Positions 57,003 to 64,000 of a stretch of DNA of 64,000 nt are shown one piece after another (within the stretch, counting starts at the first letter, position 1; every line of letters starts with the position of its first letter). The notes under the pieces are model-generated. The model made no database searches, had not been told where the DNA came from, and saw only the letters and a list, made by a program, of their open reading frames with translations. The position numbers and the translations under genes were made by a program. The stretch is from IMG/VR virus record IMGVR_UViG_3300044731_001110, positions 5,147 through 69,146 of that record; one strand, 5' to 3'. The stretch is from a virus.

Positions 57003-60000
57003 TTCAGAAAATATTTTAGTAGAATTTGACTACCAGAACATATCAGTAATAGACCCAAACAAAGTAATAACAACTGATGGCCAAATAAAAGAAAGACTTA
57101 TTAATCATGAGGACTTGGTTTATTATGCTAATTTAGAATGTACTGTAACACCAAGAACAAAATTGGCAATTGGTGTACCACAAGATCAGTCAATACAAAC
57201 AGTTTCTGTTGGTAAAATAAATTTTTTAAACCCAGGTTTTAAAAAGTTTTTAGACACAAATTGGTCAGATGAATTAACAGGAAAAGGAACGTTACAAGGT
57301 AAAGGTGTTAATCAACCAAAAATTACTGTAACAAAAAATCCAGATGTTAGTGACGATTATTATATTAGCCAAACATTAATGTCTAATGGTACACCCGGTG
57401 CTGTTGATAATGGACTTTTAGGTATAACACAAATTAATATAAGTTATGGTTTAGATTTTTTACCAGAAATTAACATAACTATGGAGGATGTTAAAGGTAG
57501 AGCACTATTTGAAGCGGGTAACAGTTCACCATACGCCGCCTTTTTTAATTTACCATACCCATTGTTTTATTTAACAATTAAAGGTTATTTAGGTAAAGCC
57601 GTTAGGTTACCATTAATGTTACAAACTTTTAACGCGTCTTTTGATCCGTCTTCACATAATTTTAGAATACAATGTAAGTTTTATACATACAAATATACGA
57701 TAATGTCTAATGTAACGTGGAGTCAAATTATGGCAGTACCACAAATGTTTAGAATTAAAATTGATAGTACTGATACAATCACTAACAACACAACAAATAA
57801 TAAAGCCACAACAACAACAAAATATAGTAGTGGTGGATATCAAAAAATGAGAGAGTTATATGCCGAATATAAATCTAAAGGTTTAATTGATGACAATTTT
57901 CCAGAGATTACAATTTTAGAATTAAAAAAAAGACTTGGATTATTAATTACAAATATTATAGATAATTTTAAAAAAAAGAATTTAAATAAATTAAATGACT
58001 TAAATAAGTATTCGGAAGTTTTAGGAAACTTCTCAACAGAAGTTTATGTTGGGGCCAGTTTAAAAACCTGGTCTAGAAAATGGTTAGACTATGAAAACAT
58101 TTTTATACAAAACGACACAAATAAAACAACATTATATATTTTTAAAAAAGAATTTAGTGACCCAAATAAACAAAATGAAGCAATAACTGAATTAGAGGGT
58201 ATAATAAAAGAAAAGATTACATTATTAGAAAAAAATCCTATTGTTGGAAAAAATATTTCAGTACCGGTTAAGGTTGATACTTTTTTTAAAAAAGTTACAA
58301 TAAACAATATTAATGTCGGTGAAACATTATTTAAAAGAACTGGAAAACAATTAGAACTTGGTACAAAAGAATATGAAGAATCAAAAAAAATATTAGTAAA
58401 AGAAATTATTGAGGGAAATTCTTTAGCAAAATATCCTGGACTTATATTTTTTAGTGGACCAAACTCTTTTGAATCAATAATTAAACAAGCAGATGAGAAA
58501 TTTTTAGTTGAAAAACAAAGAATTGAAACCGAATTAACAAAAGAAATAAGTGATCAATTTGCCGACAAAAACAATGGACTAGGGTTCCAACCAACAATTA
58601 GGAATGTTATGGCGGTATTTTTTGCCCAAGGTGAAGCCTTTTTAAGATTAATGGATGATGTACACACAAAAGCTTGGGATTTAAGAGATGATGATAATAG
58701 AAGAAGGGCAATCATTAATGAATCGTCAACTGTTAAAAGTGTTGATGTTAAATATAGTGAGGTTGACCAACCAGTATATCCTTGGCCACAACTTATTGTT
58801 GAAAATTTAGTTGATGGTAAAGAAAAATATGAATTAAAATATCCTGGTGACTACACTGTCGCAAATAAAATAAATGCTTTTGTACCCGAAATTTGGCCTG
58901 AAGTAGAATTTGTTGAAGAATTTATTAGAGCGTATACTGAAAGAGAAAATCCAGTATTTGATTTTGGTGACGGAAGTAACGATATTACAAAACCAGAAAG
59001 ATTTAGTTTTAATGCAACTGAATTTACAATTGGAAATGATGTATATAGAAATACTGAAGAGGTTAAGTTTTTTTATGAAATATATGAAAGAATGTACCTA
59101 AGTTCTTTCTATTCAAAATTAAATAGAGATTCTGTTAAAAAAAACAATATACAAACTTATGTTTCTGAATCCGAAACAACAAATTTATTACAAGCCTTAG
59201 GATCATCTAACCCACTATTAGCTAAAAAATTAAAAGAATATAATATTACTTCTCAAATTTATCCAGCATTTTTAAGACATATATCAAATAATGGTGAAGG
59301 TTTAGCTTGGCAAAATTTCATAAGAGGTATTTTTAATTCCGCATATATTAAAAATGATACAGACGTATCATTTATGTTGTATAAATCAGATATTTTAACT
59401 AATAATCTTGCATTACCAAACGTTGGTTTAGAAAACGACACACAAGTTAAATCTTATTTTGGTGGTGATATTATTAATGATGATTTTGATTTAACTGATT
59501 TATACCCATTAACTGATATTGATTGGTGTAAAAAATATTTAGCAAATGGTAGTGGTTTACAATCAAAAACAGACGTGTTTAAAACAAGTGATACATTACA
59601 ATACGATTCATCAATTAAAACAATTAGAAATAAAAGCGAAATATTTCCAATAACAAACTTTAATTATAAACCAAGTGTGTTTGATCAAACATTAAATTTA
59701 TCAAACCTAAATACTTTTTATAAAAATAGAGATATTAAGGATCAATATACCACTGAAGGTAGTTTAATTTTTAAAAATTATAACGGTAATTTAACTGATG
59801 AACAAACAACATCAATTTTTAATACACCATATTTTGCGAATGCAATACAAAAAGGTGTTTATGATTTTAGATATAGTTTAGTAGAAAAATCACCATATAA
59901 AGCCGCTGCTTATTTATTTTTAAATAGCTTACCTCTTGCAACATTAAGAGACAAATATAAACTTTTTAATAATGATGGTAGTGTTAATAATTTAAGTTAT

Positions 60001-63000
60001 ATTTTACCTTCATTAAAAAAGTTTGGAGCAATACACGAAATGCCATACGCCTGGGTTTTAAAGTACGGGTCAATTTGGCATCGGTATAAAAATTTCCAAT
60101 TAAACGGTGTTGATTTTTTAGATGATGTTTGGAAAGATACTGATTATATTGGTAATTTTGATCCATTTTATTCGGCAACAACAACTCAATACCAAGTAAA
60201 TGTAAATGGACAAACCTATAATCTTGCATTAGATGCAAATACAACCATTGGTACAAGTACTCAAAATAGAATAACAACTGGATTTTATCCAAAGTTGATT
60301 GATGATTTTAATGTTTTCCTACAAGGTACAAAAATTTTTAAAGAAGTTAATGAAATAAGCGGGACCGCATATGTTTCAGGAAATACAATGGAGGTTGTAT
60401 CAATTAACTATAATCAATTAGGTTCTGGAATTGTCGTTTCCGGTTCAAACTTAAATTTGAATACAACAATCATTAGTCAAATTTCTGGTACAACGGGTGG
60501 AATTGGTTTATATTTAGTAGAACCAGTACAAGTTTCGGAATTTGTTAGTCCAAGTGTGTCCACAAAACCTTTTGTTGTTACAAATAAAACTGTTGGTGGG
60601 TTCTCAAGTCAAAATATACAAAACGGACTAAATGATAAATTTAGAATGGTATTAAGTAATTCCGCAATAATAACAAAGGGTCAAGGATTTGATAATTCAA
60701 ATAGTAATCGATCACTTTCTGTCGTACCTTGGAGTTGTTATTCATTAACACCAGACTCAACAGAATTATATGTATTACCATCATTAGGTTCAAACATAAA
60801 CCAAGTAAGTGATGAATGTTTTAATAATAGTGGTAATAAAAAAATAGAAGTTAGTAACAATCCGGCAGTACATAATGGTTCTTTAAGAATTTTTTGGAAA
60901 GCACCTAATTATGGATATTTTGACAATAATTGGGTAACAAAACCACAACCGGATGAATATATGAGGGAAATTTTTAATAATAAAGAAGAACAACAAAATT
61001 TTGCATTATATGGTGACCAATCAAAATATTCTAAAATTAGTGAATTGTTCACAACTTTTACACCTGAAATTTTAGACCAATTTGAACAACATTTTTTACA
61101 ATTTAGTAAATCAATATATGATTTTGAAAGTATTTTATCACCAAGAAAAGAAGACTCATCAATTGAAGAAAGAAATGAAAATTTCCAAGGACTTATGCGT
61201 GAGATGTTTAAAGTACCGATTGTTAGTAATTTAAGCGGTTCGGCATTAATTGATAAAATAACTGAAGATCAAAAAACAAACATACAAAAAGTTTTGGACG
61301 AATTTATGAACTATAAAATGGTTTTTAAATACGGTAACCCATCTAGTTTTGATAAAAAATTATTTTATACGTTTTCAACAGATTTTATTGAGGATCCATA
61401 CATTTGGGGTGGATATGTTCAGAATTCACCAAACGCATTACCAACCGCCGGTGGAACAATTACTTTAGCACAATCAAAAACACAATATCCACAAACTTGG
61501 AAAACCTTAGAAACATATGTTGGGTTTTCAGAAATTCCAAAATTAGTCTATAGTGATAATGGTTCATATATTACAGATTTCTTTATTGATATGGATATGG
61601 AATTTAGTGAAAATAACATAAAGTTTTACGCACCAATGATAAAACTTTATGCTACTCAAAAATTAAATGACCCAACACTTAATATGAATAAATTTTTGGG
61701 TTTAATGAATGAATATATTACTAAAGGTGAAAGTTATTTAAATTTAATCCTTGACGATACATTAATTAAAACAAGAGCAAAGTTAGGAAATATTAATGTT
61801 ACAAGTCAAAATACCGGTGTAAAATATACTGAATTTGAAGGTGAACAAACAAGATTAGAAATTTGGGAAACATTAAAAGGTTTGAATGATAAATGGATTT
61901 CTGGTGGTGATTTTAAGTCAAAAACTTTATTTGAAGATATGTTATTAGTTGATAGGGCAAGTCGAGATATTGGACAAAAAATTTATATAGATATTTTCAA
62001 AGTTAAAGACATGATTGAGTATATGAATTATAACAATAATATGTTAGGTATTATTGAAACAATATTAGTTAATAACAGATTTAAATCATTCATATTACCA
62101 TCATATGCAAATTTTTATAATGTCCAGGACGCTAGTAAAAACCCAAATCCAAGACCAGAAGGTACTTTAGAATTTGCAAACTCATTATTTGGTACATTTT
62201 TGAGTGTTGATTATAGAGACACAACATCAAAATATTTATCAATTTATTCTTACGTACCTAGTACACATTTAGCGATGAATGAGAATGTTGATTATAGGTT
62301 TAGAGACGACGCATTTGATTTAAGAAGAGCATCAGACAATCCTTTACTTGAAAATCAAGAAGGTAAAACAGATTGGGACAAATCTAATAAAGTTGTCGGA
62401 TTTAATGTTGATTTTGGACCACAGAATCAACAAATTTTTAAACAGATAGACATATCACAAGATCCAGGAAAACCAACTGCAGAATCTTTAGAGATGTTAA
62501 ATCAAATGGCAAATCAAAACAGAAACAGAGGTGGGGCAACACAAAGTGTTTCACTATACAATGTTTACAAAAATAGAAGTTATAGATGTAGTATTGATAT
62601 GATGGGTAATGCTATGATACAACCAACGATGTATTTTAATTTAAGAAATATACCAATGTTTAGTGGTCCCTATATGATTACAAATATTTCACATAGAATT
62701 AGTGATAATGGTTTTGATACAACATTTGAAGGACAAAGACAACCTTTTTATAGTATTCCAGCAATTGATTCTTTATTGCAAGCACTAACTTCTAAAATTT
62801 TAGAAACAATTAAAGAAAAAATAGAAGAACAAGATAAGGAAATTAACGAAAAAAATAACATACTACAACAAAAATCTGATGCAATTAATAGGGGTGATTC
62901 TTCTAAAAATATTTTAACAACAAACCAAAATTGTTCATCAAATTTAAATAGTAGTTTTTCAGAATATACAAATACAACACCAACACAAACAAAAGTTACA

Positions 63001-63504
63001 TTTGATGAAGCAACAAAAATAATAGAAAATAAAATACAACCTAGAAGTTTAACACAAGATAGAAAAAATAAATTATTTGATTTTATTTTAGCAACAATGT
63101 ATATTGAAACTGGATCTGGTAAATCATTTGTTTCTTATGACCATAATTACGCTTCAGTTGGTTTAAATATTAATCCATGGGGTGGATCACAAAGTTATTT
63201 TAACAAAAAATATTTTTGTGTTAATAGAGGTAATAAAAATAATATTCCATTAGTATCATTTAATTCTTTTGAAACATTTGTTGATTTTTTCATATCTAAA
63301 TTTGAAGGTAAAGAAAGTGTTATACAAGCTTATGATGATTATACTGATGGTACATATAAAGAAAAATTAGCAAAAGCAAATGTTGTACATTGGCCGGTAA
63401 CTGTCGAAAATAAAGTTTGGGACGATTTACCACAAACAGATAAAGACAAAATTAAAAATAAAGTTAAAGAACCAATAGAATACTTAATTTCAAAGTATAC
63501 TTAA
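56992..63504 (+). CDS. Giant baseplate hub-like protein (2170 aa)
   Basis: Hub-like segment CSIDMMGNAMIQP...SGPYMITNISHRI; follows the LysM gene. Confidence 0.55.
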   Translation: MVNNSENILVEFDYQNISVIDPNKVITTDGQIKERLINHEDLVYYANLECTVTPRTKLAIGVPQDQSIQTVSVGKINFLNPGFKKFLDTNWSDELTGKGTLQGKGVNQPKITVTKNPDVSDDYYISQTLMSNGTPGAVDNGLLGITQINISYGLDFLPEINITMEDVKGRALFEAGNSSPYAAFFNLPYPLFYLTIKGYLGKAVRLPLMLQTFNASFDPSSHNFRIQCKFYTYKYTIMSNVTWSQIMAVPQMFRIKIDSTDTITNNTTNNKATTTTKYSSGGYQKMRELYAEYKSKGLIDDNFPEITILELKKRLGLLITNIIDNFKKKNLNKLNDLNKYSEVLGNFSTEVYVGASLKTWSRKWLDYENIFIQNDTNKTTLYIFKKEFSDPNKQNEAITELEGIIKEKITLLEKNPIVGKNISVPVKVDTFFKKVTINNINVGETLFKRTGKQLELGTKEYEESKKILVKEIIEGNSLAKYPGLIFFSGPNSFESIIKQADEKFLVEKQRIETELTKEISDQFADKNNGLGFQPTIRNVMAVFFAQGEAFLRLMDDVHTKAWDLRDDDNRRRAIINESSTVKSVDVKYSEVDQPVYPWPQLIVENLVDGKEKYELKYPGDYTVANKINAFVPEIWPEVEFVEEFIRAYTERENPVFDFGDGSNDITKPERFSFNATEFTIGNDVYRNTEEVKFFYEIYERMYLSSFYSKLNRDSVKKNNIQTYVSESETTNLLQALGSSNPLLAKKLKEYNITSQIYPAFLRHISNNGEGLAWQNFIRGIFNSAYIKNDTDVSFMLYKSDILTNNLALPNVGLENDTQVKSYFGGDIINDDFDLTDLYPLTDIDWCKKYLANGSGLQSKTDVFKTSDTLQYDSSIKTIRNKSEIFPITNFNYKPSVFDQTLNLSNLNTFYKNRDIKDQYTTEGSLIFKNYNGNLTDEQTTSIFNTPYFANAIQKGVYDFRYSLVEKSPYKAAAYLFLNSLPLATLRDKYKLFNNDGSVNNLSYILPSLKKFGAIHEMPYAWVLKYGSIWHRYKNFQLNGVDFLDDVWKDTDYIGNFDPFYSATTTQYQVNVNGQTYNLALDANTTIGTSTQNRITTGFYPKLIDDFNVFLQGTKIFKEVNEISGTAYVSGNTMEVVSINYNQLGSGIVVSGSNLNLNTTIISQISGTTGGIGLYLVEPVQVSEFVSPSVSTKPFVVTNKTVGGFSSQNIQNGLNDKFRMVLSNSAIITKGQGFDNSNSNRSLSVVPWSCYSLTPDSTELYVLPSLGSNINQVSDECFNNSGNKKIEVSNNPAVHNGSLRIFWKAPNYGYFDNNWVTKPQPDEYMREIFNNKEEQQNFALYGDQSKYSKISELFTTFTPEILDQFEQHFLQFSKSIYDFESILSPRKEDSSIEERNENFQGLMREMFKVPIVSNLSGSALIDKITEDQKTNIQKVLDEFMNYKMVFKYGNPSSFDKKLFYTFSTDFIEDPYIWGGYVQNSPNALPTAGGTITLAQSKTQYPQTWKTLETYVGFSEIPKLVYSDNGSYITDFFIDMDMEFSENNIKFYAPMIKLYATQKLNDPTLNMNKFLGLMNEYITKGESYLNLILDDTLIKTRAKLGNINVTSQNTGVKYTEFEGEQTRLEIWETLKGLNDKWISGGDFKSKTLFEDMLLVDRASRDIGQKIYIDIFKVKDMIEYMNYNNNMLGIIETILVNNRFKSFILPSYANFYNVQDASKNPNPRPEGTLEFANSLFGTFLSVDYRDTTSKYLSIYSYVPSTHLAMNENVDYRFRDDAFDLRRASDNPLLENQEGKTDWDKSNKVVGFNVDFGPQNQQIFKQIDISQDPGKPTAESLEMLNQMANQNRNRGGATQSVSLYNVYKNRSYRCSIDMMGNAMIQPTMYFNLRNIPMFSGPYMITNISHRISDNGFDTTFEGQRQPFYSIPAIDSLLQALTSKILETIKEKIEEQDKEINEKNNILQQKSDAINRGDSSKNILTTNQNCSSNLNSSFSEYTNTTPTQTKVTFDEATKIIENKIQPRSLTQDRKNKLFDFILATMYIETGSGKSFVSYDHNYASVGLNINPWGGSQSYFNKKYFCVNRGNKNNIPLVSFNSFETFVDFFISKFEGKESVIQAYDDYTDGTYKEKLAKANVVHWPVTVENKVWDDLPQTDKDKIKNKVKEPIEYLISKYT

Positions 63505-63546
63505 TAATTTTTTTAAACATTAGGATATTTATAAATAAAATAAAAT

Positions 63547-63771
63547 ATGAATACAAAATTAATATTAGATAATTATCTAGGAAAAAGTACTAGAGTATCG
63601 GAAAAAGATATGGGCAATGGTACAAAACAAGTTTGCGACCTTGATACAAATGAATGTTATGTTGTTAGAATGAAAGACGGTTTAATTGAACGAGTTGACA
63701 ACACGATGAAACAATTTAAAAAAGTTCAGGTTGAAACAAAATCTGGAATAAAAACATTATTAAATGGGTAA
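63547..63771 (+). CDS. Hypothetical protein
   Basis: 74-aa ORF; TATTTAT at 63526-32. Confidence 0.7.
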   Translation: MNTKLILDNYLGKSTRVSEKDMGNGTKQVCDLDTNECYVVRMKDGLIERVDNTMKQFKKVQVETKSGIKTLLNG

Positions 63772-63772
63772 T

Positions 63773-64000
63773 ATGAGTATAGATAAAAAAATTTTAGAAG
63801 AAATTAAAAGATATCAAAGTATCAATAACTATATTATGGAACAAGCTCCACCAGTACCGGGAGGAGACTTACCATTACCAGGTGGAGATGTTCCACCACC
63901 ACCGGGAGGAGCGCCGCCGGCACCAGAAGGAGATGTTCCACCACCACCGGGAGGAACACCAGCTCCAACAGGAGCAACACCAGTTGATATTGCACAAGAT
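63773..64000 (+). CDS. 5' part of a Pro/Gly-rich protein running off the window
   Basis: MSIDKKILEEIKRYQSINNYIMEQAPPVPGGDLPLPGGDVPPPPGG...; exact 27-nt repeat at 63884-63910 and 63929-63955. Confidence 0.75.
   Translation, partial: MSIDKKILEEIKRYQSINNYIMEQAPPVPGGDLPLPGGDVPPPPGGAPPAPEGDVPPPPGGTPAPTGATPVDIAQD

Noticed and set aside
1-64000. Stop-codon reassignment as seen in some large phages
   Set aside because: Genes are long and intact in the standard code, and TAG, TGA and TAA all end genes at sensible boundaries
1-64000. Eukaryotic giant virus origin, suggested by papain, GT60, SNF2 and Cys/mucin-rich proteins
   Set aside because: Sheath, tube, neck and baseplate genes, overlapping operon-style genes and intrinsic terminators indicate a tailed bacteriophage
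1-64000. tRNA, rRNA or large structured ncRNA genes
   Set aside because: Intergenic gaps are short and AT-rich; no cloverleaf or extended structure recognised by eye

Overview
AT-rich, densely coding segment of a large tailed dsDNA phage with a contractile tail (myovirus, jumbo-phage-like), read in the standard genetic code. Start codons have A-rich leaders and no Shine-Dalgarno motif, which suggests a Bacteroidota host (inference). The left half (1-31.6 kb) alternates very large Gly/Ser/Thr/Cys-rich repeat fibre genes, LamG-like cassettes and Pro/Thr mucin-like proteins with modification enzymes. These are a GT8, an Aah/TibC-type protein O-heptosyltransferase, a GT9-like enzyme, a GT60 polypeptide GlcNAc-transferase, an HtrL-like/GT fusion, a sulfotransferase, an APS kinase, a HIGH-motif nucleotidyltransferase and a DUF2061 protein. 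The right half holds family B DNA polymerase, an RHH+HNH cassette, neck proteins, a metallopeptidase-SOD-nuclease-like fusion, an SNF2 helicase, tail terminator, sheath, tube, chaperone, tape measure and giant baseplate proteins. The best candidate for a new system is a phage-encoded virion 'glycocalyx' pathway: protein O-glycosylation of (T/S)VSGG beta-solenoid fibres and of Thr/Pro-rich linkers, plus sulfation. Other signals are a probable +1 frameshift (UUU_UUU_CGG) in the tail-chaperone gene and a TATTTAT motif ahead of about 20 gene starts on both strands. All family calls come from motifs recognised by eye; no database searches were run.
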